Made by a program: the position numbers and the translations under genes
The notes under the pieces: generated by a model
The model's database searches: none
Told to the model about the DNA's origin: nothing
Seen by the model: the letters and a program-made list of their open reading frames with translations, nothing else
Assembly: GCF_963921235.1 (NCBI RefSeq)
Contig: NC_086097.1
Coordinates: 195,736,001 to 195,800,000 of the forward strand
Source of the DNA: Mobula hypostoma
Lineage: Eukaryota
DNA: 64,000 nucleotides
Direction: 5' to 3'
Shown here: in pieces, positions 26,208-38,604 of the stretch
How positions within the stretch are numbered: the first letter of the stretch is position 1
Layout: every line of letters begins with the position of its first letter

Positions 26208-27271
26208 AAAAATCCATCAATTTCCACTTTTATTGCAGTCAATGGCTCTGCTCCCATGGCTATTTTGTGGCTTTGTGTCTCTGTTTAAGCTCCAGCCCTC
26301 ATAGCTACTCCATAAGAACAAAGACCATAAGATATAGGAGCAGATTTAGGTCATTTGGCCCATCAGGTCTGCTCCGCTATTTCATCATGGCAGATATAAT
26401 ATTCCCCTCAGCCCCAATGACCTGTTTTCTCCCCGTATCCCTTCATGCCCTGACTAATCAAGAATCTATCAATCACTGCCTTAAATATATCCAATGACTT
26501 AGCCTCTACAGCCACCTGTGGCAATGAATTCCGCAGATTAACCACTCTAGGTAAAGAAATTCCTCCTCATCTCTGTTCCAAATGGACATCCCTCTGTTCC
26601 GAGGCTGTGTCATCTGGTCTTAAAATTTCCCACCACAGGAAACTTACTCTCCAAATCTACTCGACTGAAGCCTATCAAAATTCCATAGATTTCAAATGAG
26701 ATCCTCCCAATGTTCTTCTAAATTCCAAACTGCTCCTCATGTGATAAGCCTTTCAATCCCAGAATCATTTTTGTGAACCTTCTTTGAACCCTCTCCACTG
26801 TCAGCACATTCTTTCTAAAATAAGGGACCCAAATCTGCTCAAAATACTACAAGTGAGGCCTCACCAATGCTTCATAAAGCCTTAATATTACATTTTGGCT
26901 TTTATATTCTAATCCTCAGGAAATGAATGCTAACATTGTATTTGCCTTCCTCACCACCATTTCAACCTGCAAATTAACCTTTAGGGAATCCTACACAAGG
27001 ATTTCCAAATCACTTTGGAACTCAGATTTTTGAACATTCTCTCCATTTAGAAAATAGTCTATGCTTTCGTTTTTTCTACCAAAGTGCATGACCATATGCT
27101 TCACGAAACTATATTCCATCTGTTGCTTCTTTGACCATTCTCCTAATGTGTCTAAGTTTTTTTTCAGTTGTTTCTTTCTTGTGGCAGACGGGTGGGTAGG
27201 TGATCTGTTAATTTTTTGTGTGGAAGGGGACTGGGGTCTTGATGCTACTGCTGCCGTTCTTTTCTGCAAGT

Positions 27272-27435
27272 GAGGGGGTTAGGGATTATTATTGTCGCTG
27301 TTTTTTTTTCTGTGGGGTTAGGGATTATTATTGTCGCTGTTTTTTTTTCTGTGGGGTTAGGGATTATTATTGTCGCTGTTTTTTTTTTCTGTGGGGTTAG
27401 GGATTATTATTGTCGCAGTTTTTTTTTCTGTGAGG
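27272..27435 (+). repeat. Minisatellite, ~4 copies of a 39-40 bp unit, inside a LINE-derived insertion (27155-27714)
   Basis: Unit gtggggttagggattattattgtcgctg(t)nc(t). Confidence 0.9.
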
Positions 27436-28211
27436 AGGAGCTGGGGTTATGTTGCTATTGTTTTTTTGCGACGGGGAGAGGTGGGGAAATTGATGCTATT
27501 GTTACTGTTTTTTTCCCATGAGGTTTGAGGGTGAGGGACTTTTGGGTTTGCGAGTTTTGCTTCTTTTCTTGTCCATGCTGGGGCAGTGTTGATGTTTTCT
27601 TTCAACAAAATCCCAAGGCCTTTCTGTTTTTAATGGCTATCTGGAGAAGACAAATATCAGAGTTTTATTGTACATGCAAGCTTTGACGATAAAATGAACC
27701 TTTGAAACTTTGACCCTTCTGTACCCTCAGCTCTAACTGCCCCTCCACCTATCTTTGCATTGTCTGCAAACTTGGCCAAAAAGCCATCAATTCCTTTATC
27801 CAAATCATTGACATATAATGTAAAAAGCAGTCCCAACACAGACTTCTGTGGGACACTAGTAGTCACTGACAGCCAACCAGAAAAATTCCCCTTTATTCCC
27901 AGTCTTTGCCTCCTGCTAATAAATCAATGCTGTATCCATGCTAGTATCTTTCCTGCAATACCATGGGCTCTTAACTTGTTAAGCAGCCTCATGTATGGCA
28001 TCTTGTCAAACGCCTTCTGAAAATGCCTTTGACAAGATGCCTTTGACAAGTGAATGTTGTGTACTAAAAATCCAAGTGCACAACGTTCACCAATTCTACT
28101 TTGTCTGTCCTGTTTGTTATTGCTTCAAAGAATTCCAACAAATTTGTCAGGCAAGATTTTCCCTTGAGGAAAGCTTGCTGACTATGGCCTATTTAATCAC
28201 ATGTCTCTAAG

Positions 28212-28692
28212 TCCAAAAATCATTCCAGGATTGAATGGCTTGTCATATGAAAAGCATATTGATGGCTCTGAGCCTGTACTCACTGGAATTCATGAAGAAT
28301 GAGAAGAATTCAGAAGAATCAAGTGATGAAAGGTCTTGGTAGAGTGGATGTGGAGAGGATGTTTCCTATGGTAGAATGGTCAAAGACCAGAGGACACAGC
28401 CTCAGAACAGAAGGATGTACTTTTAGAACATAAATGAGGAGAAATTTCTTTTGCCAGAAACTGTGATATTGTGGAATCTGTGAATCTGTGGAATTCTTTG
28501 CACCAGACAACTATGGGCCAAGCCTTTATGTATCTTTAAGGCAGAGGTTGATAGATTCTTGATTGTTTGGGGCATGAAGGGATATAGGGAAAAGGCAAGA
28601 GATTAGGGCTGAAAGGAAAATTGAATCAGTCATGATTAAATGGCAGAATAGACTTGATGGGCCAGATAATTCTGCTCCTATATCTTATGTTC
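28212..28692 (+). mobile_element. CR1 3' end inserted in opposite orientation within the CR1
   Basis: gagtggatgtggagaggatgtttcc..attctgctcctatatcttatg; the host CR1 resumes at ~28697. Confidence 0.8.
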
Positions 28693-30057
28693 TAATGGTA
28701 CCCTGAAACCACATCCTTAACAACCAAATTCAACATTTTCCCAACCACTGAGGTCAGACTAACTTGTCTATAATTTCCTTTCTTCTGCCTCTCTTCCTTC
28801 TTGAAGAATGAAGTGACATTTGCAATTTTCCAGTCCTCTGGAACCTTGCAAGAATCCATTGATCCTTGAAATATTATTACTAATGCCTCCACAATCTCTT
28901 CAGCCTCCTCTTTCAGAACCCTGGCTGTAGACCATCTAGTTCGGGTGACGAATCTACCATCACATCTTTCAGTTTCTCAAACATCTTCTCCCTAGTAACG
29001 GCAACTTCATTCACCTCTGCTCCCTGACCTCCAGCACACAGCTGGTGTCTTCCACAGTGAAGACTAATGCAAAATGCATATGTAATTCATTTGTCCTTTC
29101 CTTGTCCCCCAGTACTACCTCTCCAGCATCATTTTCCAGCAGTCCGATATCTACTCTCGCCTCTCTTTTACTTTTTATATATGTGAAGAAACTTTTGGTA
29201 TTGACTTTAATATTACTGGCTAGCTTAGCTTTGTATTCCAACTTCACCTTCTTTATCAGTTTTTAGTTGCTTTCTGCTGGTTTCTGAAAGATTCCCAATT
29301 CTCTAACTTTCCATGAATTTTTGCTCTATTATATGCCCTTGCTTTGGTTTTATGTTGGCTTTGATTTTTATTATAAACCAACTGCCCCATCCTCAGCCCC
29401 ACCCCAACTCCGGTTCCCACCCCCTTGCCAAATTAATTTTAACCTTCCCAAACACTCCTAACCCTCGAGGTGGGGCTTCAGGCAGCAGTGTGCTAGAAAA
29501 TGGACAACCTTCCACCAGAATAATTTCTTCCTCTTCATTTTAATTGGGCAACATTCTTATTCCAAAACAACACCCAATATTTCACAAGGAGAAGCATTCC
29601 TTTAGAAGCCACCTGCCACAAAAATTTACATTTTCAATAAATCACTTCTATTTTTTCCAAACTCAGACTGTTGGCACAAGTTGCTCAGTCTTTCTTCATA
29701 CATCACCTCTTTCATCCCAGGAATAAGCCTGGTGAGCCTGCTTAACACTGCATACAAAGTATATTCTTCCTCATACGGCAAGCTTTGAAATTTTATGTAT
29801 GAGCATATTGTTAATCAAATACAGTTTTGTGTATTAGATTTGTACTTGGCCCTGGATATTTAGATTATTAATTCCAGTGAATTATAATACCACTGCGCCA
29901 ATGCCTTCCCTCAAAGTGAAGAGAGATTGGGATGAGCAGGGTTACATTTGATGGAATTTAAGTAACTGAGAACAGACCTCCCAAAAATTTATAAAATTCT
30001 GATGAGCTTGTACAGAATAGATGTAGCAGAGATGTTCTGCATGTTGAGAAGTCCAGA

Positions 30058-30856
30058 ACTATTGATTGTGGACTTCAGGAAGGGTAAGTTGAGGGAACAC
30101 ACACACACCAGTTCTCATCAAAGGATCAGAAGTGGAAAGAGTGAGCAGTTTCAAGCTCCTGGGTATCAACATCTCTGAGGATCTATCCTGAATTCAAAAT
30201 GTTGCATCAACAATGGTATGGGGGGGCTACTCACAGGATTGGAAAATGCTGCAGAAAGTTTTTAACTCAGCCAGCTCCATCATGGGCACCATCAAAAGGC
30301 AATGCCTCAAAAAGGCATCATCCATCATTAAGGAACCCATCACCCAGGACATGCCCTCTTCTCATCGCTACCATCAAGGAGGAGGTACAGTCACCTGAAG
30401 ACATATACTCAACATTTTGGGAACAGCTTCTTCCACTCCGCCATTAGATTTCTGAATGGACAATGAACCATGAATACCTATTTGTTGTTCTTTCCTGCGC
30501 CTTGTAGAGCATCAACCAGCAATCTTTCCATTTCTTTAGTATTTTTGTTTTTTTTACAAGGCTGAGTTGCTAGCTCAACGCTCAGCCCAACACAGATGGA
30601 AAGTGTGCAAGGAGCCGGCCAGATTCGATCCCGGGACCACTCGCCTCGAAGTCCAGTATGGATGCCACTACCCATCCAACTGGCATGAACACTTCCTCAG
30701 TAATCTTTTTCCCCTCTCCATTTGCACTACTTATTTATTTTATATTTTTACATATACTTCTTATTGTAATTTATAGTTTTTATTACTGTGTATTACAACG
30801 TAGTGCTGCCGCAAATGAAAAAAATTTCATGACGTGTGCCGGTGGTTCTGATTCTC
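30058..30856 (+). mobile_element. Rex1-like LINE fragment nested in a CR1 remnant
   Basis: ELIVDFRK..VERVSSFKLLG; tail ttctgattct. Confidence 0.75.
30478..30683 (-). mobile_element. tRNA-headed SINE nested in the Rex1-like element
   Basis: Head gccagttgg..gacttcga..gggatcgaatc; TSD catgaatac / catgaacac (30469-30477 / 30684-30692). Confidence 0.75.
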
Positions 30857-31454
30857 AACTCATGGTCTCAATCTAACGAAATGGGGTAAACCATTTTGAG
30901 CTGTGATGAGGAGAAATTTCTTCACCTAAAATGTACATGTGGAGCTCTGTATCACAGAATGAAGGTGAGGCTAAATTATTATATAAAGGAAGGGTCTCTC
31001 ACACACATATGTTATGTAGATAAGGAAAGAAAGCATGAATTTAAACGGTCAGTCATTGTCACATTGAACGGTGGAGTAAGCTGAAAGGTATGAATGCCTT
31101 GGTCTTGTTCCTATTTTTTTCTTTTTCAGCATTTAAGGAACACGGACAGAGATGTGGACCATTCCTTCAGCTGCTGTGTTGAAAGATAGGACCACTAACC
31201 AGTCTATATAAGTAACCACAGGCTTGGCATATAACTATATATTTAATTCTTTTCTGATAAATGTATAACCATAAGTGGCTTTTGTCCAAGTTTCAGACAC
31301 ATACCTTCGAAATTTATGCATCAAAGTTGAACAAAACAAATGTTCAAAGGATAGCTCAAACAACAGGACTTCTGCAGATGCTGGAAATTCAAGCAACGCA
31401 CATCAAAGTTGCTGGTGAACGCAGCAGGCCAGGCAGCATCTATAGGAAGAGGTA

Positions 31455-31492
31455 CAGTCGACGTTTCAGGCCGAGACCCTTCGTCAGGACTA
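31455..31492 (-). ncRNA. Minimal type-I hammerhead ribozyme (intact core)
   Basis: UAGUC CUGACGA AGGGUCUCGGCCU GAAA CGUC^ GACUG. Confidence 0.85.
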
Positions 31493-31784
31493 ACTGAAGG
31501 AAGAGTGAGTAAAGGATTTGAAAGTGGGAGGGGGAGGGGGAGATCCAAAATGATAGGAGAAGACAGGAGGGGGAGGGATGGAGCCAAGAGCTGGACAGGT
31601 GATAGGCAAAAGGGATACGAGAGGATCATGGGACAGGAGGTCCGGGAAGAAAGACAGGGTGGGGGGGACCCAGAGGATGGGCAAGGGGTATATTCAGAGG
31701 GACAGAGGGAGAAAAAGGAGAGTGAGAGAAAGAATGTGTGTATAAAAATAAGTGACAGATGGGGTACGAGGGGGAGGTGGGGCA

Positions 31785-34148
31785 TTAGCGCAAGTTAGAG
31801 AAGTCGATGTTCATGCCATCAGGTTGGAGGCTACCCAGACGGAATATAAGGTGTTGTTCCTCCAACCTGAGTGTGGCTTCATCTTTACAGTAGAGGAGGC
31901 CGTGGATAGACATGTCAGAATGGGAATGGGATGTGGAATTAAAATATGTGGCCACTGGGAGATCCTGCTTTCTCTGGCAGACAGAGCGTAGGTGTTCAGC
32001 AAAGCAGTCTCCCAGTCTGCATCGGGTCTCGCCAATATATAAAAGGCCACATCGGGAGCACCGGACGCAGTATATCACACCAGCCGACTCACAGGTGAAA
32101 TGATGCCTCACCTGGAAGGACTGTTTGGGGCCCTGAATGGTGGTAAGGGAGGAAGTGTAAGGGCATGTGTAGCACTTGTTCCGCTTACACGGATAAGTGC
32201 CAGGAGGGAGATCAGTGGGGAGGGATGGGGGGGGACGAATGGACAAGGGAGTCACGTAGGGAGTGATCCCTGCGGAATGCAGAGGGGGGGAGGGAAAGAT
32301 GTGCTTAGTGGTGGGATCCCGTTGGAGGTGGTGAAAGTTATGGAGAATAATATGTTGGACCCGGAGGCTGGTAGGGTGGTAGGTGAGGACCAGGGGAACC
32401 CTATTCCTAGTGGGGTGGCGGGAGGATGGAGTGAGAGCAGATGCACGTGAAATGGGGGAGATGCGTTTAAGAGCAGAGTTGATAGTGGAGGAAGGGAAGC
32501 CCCTTTCTTTAAAAAAGGAAGACATCTCCCTCGTCCTAGAATGAAAAGCCTCATCCTGAGAGCAGATGCGGCGGAGACGGAGGAATTGCGAGAAGGGGAT
32601 GGCGTTTTTGCAAGAGACAGGGTGAGAAGAGGAATAGTCCAGATAGCTGTGAGAGTCAGTAGGCTTATAGTAGACATCAGTGGATAAGCTGTCTCCAGAG
32701 ACAGAGACAGAAAGATCTAGAAAGGGGAGGGAGGGGTTGGAAATGGACCAGGTAAACTCGAGGGCAGGGTGAAAGTTGGAGGCAAAGTTAATAAAGTCAA
32801 CGAGCTCTGCATGCATGCAGGAAGCAGCGCCAATGCAGTCGTCGATGTAGCGAAGGAAAAGTGGGGGACAGATACCAGAATAGGCACGGAACATAGATTG
32901 TTCCACAAACCCAACAAAAAGGCAGGCATAGCTAGAACCCATAGGGGTGCCCATAGCTACACCTTTAGTTTGGAGGAAGTGGGAGGAGCCACAGGAGAAA
33001 TTATTAAGAGCAAGGACTAATTCCGCTAGATGGAGCAGAGTGGTGGTAGCGGGGAACTGATTAGATCTGGAATCCAAAAAGAAGCATAGAGCTTTGAGAC
33101 CTTCCTGATGGGGGATGGAAGTATATAAGGACTGGACATCCATGGTGAAAATAAAGCCGTGGGGGCCAGGGAACTTAAAATCATCGAAAAGTATTAGAGC
33201 GTGAGAAGTGTCACGAACATAGGTAGGAAGGGATTGAACAAGGGGGGATAGAACCGTGTTGAGGTATGCCGAAACGAGTTCGGTGGGGCAGGAGCAAGCT
33301 GAGACAATAGGTCTGCCAGGACAGGCAGGTTTGTGGATCTTGGGTAGGAGGTAGAAACGGAAAGAGCGGGGTGTGGGAACTATAAGGTTGGTAGCAGTGG
33401 ATGGGAGATCCCCTGAGCGGATAAATTCAGTGATGGTGTGGGAGACAATGGCCTGGTGCTCCTTAGTGGGGTCACGATCGAGGAGTTAATAAGAGGAGGT
33501 ATCCGCGAGTTGTCGCTGTGCCTCGGCAAGGTAGAGGTCAGTACGCCAGACTACAACAGCAAACTCCTTATCAGCGGGTTTAATAATAAGGTTAGGATTA
33601 GTGCAGAGGGAGTGGAGAGCAGAGCGTTCCGAAGGAGTGAGTTTGGAATGGGGACAAGGTGCGGTAAAGTCGAGACGGTTGATGTCCCATCAGCAGTTAG
33701 CGATAAAGAGATCCAGAGCAGGCAGAAGACCAGAGCGGGGTGTCCATGAAGAAGAGGAGGGTTGAAGACGGGAGAAGGGGTCATCGGTGGGGGTGGAAGA
33801 GTCCTTGCCGAAGAAGTAGGCTCGGAGACGGAAACGGCGGAAGAAAAGTTCCGCATCATGGCGAACACGGAACTCGCTGAGGTGTGGGCGAAGGGGGACA
33901 AAGGTGAGACCCCTACTGAGAACAGAGCGTTCTGCCTCAGACAGTTGAAGGTCGGAGGGGATGGTAAAGACCCGGCATGGATGAGAGCTGGGATCAGAGG
34001 GGGGACGGGGGAGGCTGGGGGTGTCAATGGAGAGGGGAGGGTTGGGGTGAGAGGAAGATGGAGCCTCTGAGGACCCAGGAGCTGACAATGGGATCTGAAG
34101 GAGATGGGATTGCAGAGTATTGGTGGGGGAAGGGGAGACGGGAGTCAC
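31785..34148 (-). pseudogene. PLE reverse transcriptase / GIY-YIG endonuclease ORF with two in-frame stops (33690-33692, 33486-33488)
   Basis: VLSRGLTFVP; LPKIHK..GRPIVS; MDVQSLYTSIP; GVAMG; RYIDD; YYKPTD; CKRNKCYTC linker; VIYCVRCSRCGLLYIGET..RL..FAEH. Confidence 0.92.
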
Positions 34149-34849
34149 AATAGCAGCACATAAAGATCCGGCCTGGAGTTCAAGGCTGGAATCTTGAGAG
34201 CTTGGATCAGACGGGGGAGGGAGGAAGCTGGGGGTGTCAGTGGAGAGGGGATGGTTGGGGTGAGATAGGATAGCTAACAGTTCAAAGGATAGCTAACAGT
34301 TTTCGACTCACAAGTAGTTATTCCAGTATTGAACCAACAGAGAATTTGGATTTCTGTTGACAGCAGCAATTGCTGCCTCAATATTTTAAATTTCCTTGCA
34401 GAGTTTAGCACATTTGACAATGAGCACCAGACCTAACACTTTAGAAAGAAATTGATACCATGAATTACAATTAAGGGCAAAAAATTCAATGTAGGTGCTG
34501 CCTTCTGTTTACATGGAACAATTTCAGTGAACCTCTACAGAAGTAATATTTGTAATTGCTTTCTTCAATCATTATTTGACTTTTGTTTACCCAGAAACCA
34601 TACAATATTTCAAACAATAGCACCCATAGAAAGTTTTGTTTGAGTTTTTTTTCATTCTTACTTTAATTCTAATATTGCAATTCTTGTAATTACATCTTTA
34701 GGCTTCATCAACCAAATCAATGCAGATTCAGCTACTCCCACCTTTTCAAACAGAAAACTGAGGGTAAAATGTTAATCTGACTGAAAATTGGGAAAGAAAG
34801 TTGAAGATTATGCTATTCCTATACCTGCTGTGAAGTAATTATTAACATT

Positions 34850-35125
34850 TTATTTATTTAGAGAAACAGCACACAACAGGCTCTTCTGGCCCATCAAACT
34901 GTGCCGGCCAGCAAGCCTTCAATTTAATCTGAGTCTATTCACAGGACAATTTGCAATGACCACTTAACCTACTAACTTGTAGGTCTTTGGACTGTGGGAG
35001 TAAACTGGAACACCTGGAGGAAACCCATACGCACATGGGAAGAAAGTACAAACGTTCTAACGGAGGACACCAGAATTGATTCGTAATAACTTCGTGCTAA
35101 TCATGATGGTACCGTGGCACCCCAA
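34850..35125 (-). mobile_element. HE1/V-SINE-like SINE
   Basis: ggacaatttgcaatgacc..tctttggactgtgggagtaaactggaacacctggaggaaacc. Confidence 0.7.
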
Positions 35126-35291
35126 AGTAGAAGTATCATTGGATTAGCCCGGATAGCATCCGAAAGCTGTTAATTCATGTCACAGTTGGATGTTGTTCAA
35201 TTTAGAATTAGCTAAGTAAAGCTGAACGGAGTAAGCCAGTCAGTTTCTTTTCAGTAAGAGAAGGGAGGGGGGAAAAAAGAGGAGAGCGGTA

Positions 35292-35792
35292 GTGATAGGG
35301 GACTCGATAGTTAGAAGTACAGATAGGGGGTTCTGTGGTCGTGACAGAGAATCCAGGATGGTTTGTTGCCTCCCAGGTGCCAGGGTCAAGGATGTCTCTG
35401 ATCGATTGCATGACATTCTGAAGTGGGAGGGTGACCAGCCAGATGTCGTGGTGCACATAGGCACCAATGACATAGCAAGGAAGAGTGAAGAGGTCCTGGA
35501 CAGTGAGTATAGAGAGTTTGGTAGGAAGTTGAAAAGCCGGACCTCAAGGGTGGTAATCTCAGGATTGCTACCTGTGCTAGGTGCCAGTGAGGGTAGGAAT
35601 AGGATGCTCTGGAGGAGGAACAAGTGGCTGAGGAACTGGTGTAGGGGGCAGGGTTTCAGATTTCAGGATCATTGGGACCTCTTCTGGGGCAGGTGGGACC
35701 TGTACAAGAGAGACGGGTTACACTTGAACCACAGGGGGACCAATATCCTTTCAGGGAGGTTTGTTAGTGCTATTGGGGAGGCTTTAAACTAG
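35292..35792 (+). CDS. CR1 ORF1 C-terminal SGNH/GDSL esterase domain (5' part missing)
   Basis: Blocks IGDSIVR, PGARV, HIGTND and DGLHLN. Confidence 0.9.
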   Translation: MIGDSIVRSTDRGFCGRDRESRMVCCLPGARVKDVSDRLHDILKWEGDQPDVVVHIGTNDIARKSEEVLDSEYREFGRKLKSRTSRVVISGLLPVLGASEGRNRMLWRRNKWLRNWCRGQGFRFQDHWDLFWGRWDLYKRDGLHLNHRGTNILSGRFVSAIGEALN

Positions 35793-38604
35793 ATTTGCAG
35801 GGGGATGGGAACCAGAGTGCCAGAGCTGACAGTGTGGCTGGGGTGAAAATAAATGATATTGAAAGTTTAAGCAAAACCGCTGATAGAAAGGTTGTGAGTG
35901 GTGGTAAAAATCTTCTGAGGTGTATATATTTCAATGCTAGGAGTATTGCGGGGAAGGCAGATGAGTTGAGGGCGTGGATTGACACGTGGAATTATGATGT
36001 TGTGGCAATTAGTGAAACTTGGCTACAGGAGGGGCAGGACTGGCAGCTTAATATTCCAGGGTTCCGATGTTTCAGATGTGATCGAGGCAGAGGAATGAAA
36101 GGTGGGGGAGTAGCATTGCTTGTTAGGGAAAATATTACAGCAGTGCTCAGGCAGGACAGATTAGAGGGCTTGTCTACTGAGTCCTTATGGGTGGAGCTGA
36201 GAAAAAGGAAAGGTATGGCCACATTAGTGGGATTGTATTACAGACCACCCAATAGTCAACGAGACTTGGAAGAGCAAATCTGCAGAGAGATAGCAGGCAA
36301 CTGCAGGAAACATAAAGTTGTGGTGGTAGGGGATTTTAATTTTCCATACATTGATTGGGGCTCCCATACTGTTAGGGGTCTAGATGGTTTAGAGTTTGTA
36401 AAATGTGTTCAGGAAAGTTTTCTAAATCAGTATATAGAGGGACCAACTAGAGGGGATGCAATATTGGATCTCCTGTTAGGAAACGAATTAGGGCAAGTGA
36501 CAGAAGTCTGTGTAGGGGAGCACTTTGGTTCCAGTGATCATAACACCATTAGTTTCAATTTGATCATGGACAAGGATAGATCTGGTCCTAGGGTTGAGGT
36601 TCTGAACTGGAAGAAGGCCAAATTTGAAGAAATGAGAAAGGATCTAAAAAGCATGGATTGGGAGAGGTTGTTCTCTGGCAAAGATATGATTGGTAGGTGG
36701 GAAGCCTTCAAAGGGGAAATTTTGAGAGTGCAGAGTTTGTATGTTCCTGTCAGGATTAAAGGCAAATTGAATAGGAATAAGGAACCTTGGTTCTCAAGGG
36801 ATATTGCAACTCTGATAAAGAAGAAGAGAGAGTTGTATGAAATGTATAGGAAACGGGGGGTAAATCAGGTGCTTGAGGAGTATAAGAAGTGCAAGAAAAT
36901 ACTTAAGAAAGAAATCAGGAGGGCAAAAAGAAGACATGAGGTTGCCTTGGCAGTCAAAGTGAAGGATAATCCAAAGAGCTTTTACAAGTATATTAAGAGC
37001 AAAAGGATTGTAAGGGATAAAATTGGTCCTCTTGAAGATCAGAGTGGTCGGCTTTGTGCGGAACCAAAGGAAATGGGGGAGATCTTAAATAGGTTTTTTG
37101 CGTCTGTATTTACTAAGGAAGCTGGCATGAAATCTATGGAATTGAGGGAATCAAGTAGTGAGACCATGGCAACTGTACAGATTGAAAAGGAGGAGGTGCT
37201 TGCTGTCTTGAGGAAAATTAAAGTGAATAAATCCCCGGGACCTGACAGGGTGTTCCTTCGGACCTTGAAGGAGACTAGTGTTGAAATTGCGGGGCCCTGG
37301 CAGAAATATTTAAAATGTCGCTGTCTACGGGTGAAGTGCCGGAGGATTGGAGAGTAGCTCATGTTGTTCCGTTGTTTAAAAAAGGATCGAAAAGTAATCC
37401 GGGAAATTATAGGCCCGTGAGTTTAACGTCAGTAGTAGGTAAGATATTGGGGGGAGTACTAAGAGACAGAATCTACAAGCATTTGGATAGACAGGGGCTT
37501 ATTAGGGAGAGTCAACATGGCTTTGTGCGTGGTAGGTCATGTTTGACCAATCTGTTGGAGTTTTTCGAGGAGGTTACCAGGAAAGTGGATGAAGGGAAGG
37601 CAGTGGATATTGTCTACATGGACTTCAGTAAGGCCTTTGACAAGGTCCCTCATGGGAGGTCAGTTAGGAAAATTCAGTCGCTAGGTATACATGGAGAGGT
37701 GGTAAATTGGATTGGACATTGGCTCGATGGAAGAAGCCAGAGAGTGATGGTAGAAAATTGCTTCTCTGAGTGGAGGCCTGTGACTAGTGGTGTGCCACAG
37801 GGATCAGTGCTGGGTCCATTGTTATTTGTCATCTATATCAATGATCTGGATGATAATGTGGTAAATTGGATCAGCAAGTTTGCTGATGATACAAAGATTG
37901 GAGGTGTAGTAGACAGTGAGGAAGGGTTTCAGAGCCTGCAGAGGGACTTGGACCATCTGGAAAAATGGGCTGAAAAATGGCAGATGGAGTTTAATACTGA
38001 CAAGTGTGAGGTATTGCACGTTGGAAGGACAAACCAAGGTAGAACATACAGGGTTAATGGTAAGGCACTGAGGAGTGCAGTGGAACAGAGGGATCTGGGA
38101 ATACAGATACAAAATTCCCTAAAAGTGTCGTCACAGGTAGATAGGGTTGTAAAGAGAGCTTTTGGTACATTGGCCTTTATTAATCATATTATTGAGTATA
38201 AGAGCTGGAATGTTATGATGAGGTTGTATAAGGCATTGGTGAGGCCGAATCTGGAGTATTGTGTTCAGTTTTGGTCACCAAATTACAGGAAGGATATAAA
38301 TAAGGTTGAAAGAGTGCAGAGAAGGTTTACAAGGATGTTGCCGGGACTTGAGAAACTCAGTTACAGAGAAAGGTTGAATAGGTTAGGACTTTATTCCCTG
38401 GAGCGTAGAAGAATGAGGGGAGATTTGATAGAGGTATATAAAATTATGATGGGTATAGATAGAGTGAATGCAAGCAGGCTTTTTCCACTGAGGCAAGGGG
38501 AGAAAAAAACCAGAGGACGTGGGTTAAGGGTGAGGGGGGAAAAGTTTAAAGGGAACATTGGGGGGGGGCTTCTTCACACAGAGAGTGGTGGGAGTATGGA
38601 ATGA
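35768..38604 (+). pseudogene. CR1 ORF2 (APE endonuclease + RT) with frameshifts at ~37290 and ~38565
   Basis: YFNARS, ISETW, YYRPP, GDFNFP, SDH; NYRPVSLTS, QHGF, DFSKAFD, GVPQGSVLGP, FADD. Confidence 0.95.

Larger units (their letters stand above)
26310..29370 (-). mobile_element. Long fragmented CR1 ORF2 plus 3'UTR, interrupted at ~27155-27714 and ~28212-28692
   Basis: Collinear pieces: PEDWKIANVT..NYRQVSLTS; SVPQKSVLG..YVNDL..KFADN; 3'UTR tail. Confidence 0.85.
31357..34266 (-). mobile_element. Long 5'-truncated Neptune-type Penelope-like element with 15-bp TSD
   Basis: RT, Cys-rich linker and GIY-YIG ORF; 3' terminus carries a hammerhead; gttcaaaggatagct at 31342-31356 and 34280-34294. 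Confidence 0.95.

Noticed and set aside
27272..27435. CRISPR-like or telomeric array
   Set aside because: No unique spacers, eukaryotic context, and only one TTAGGG per unit.
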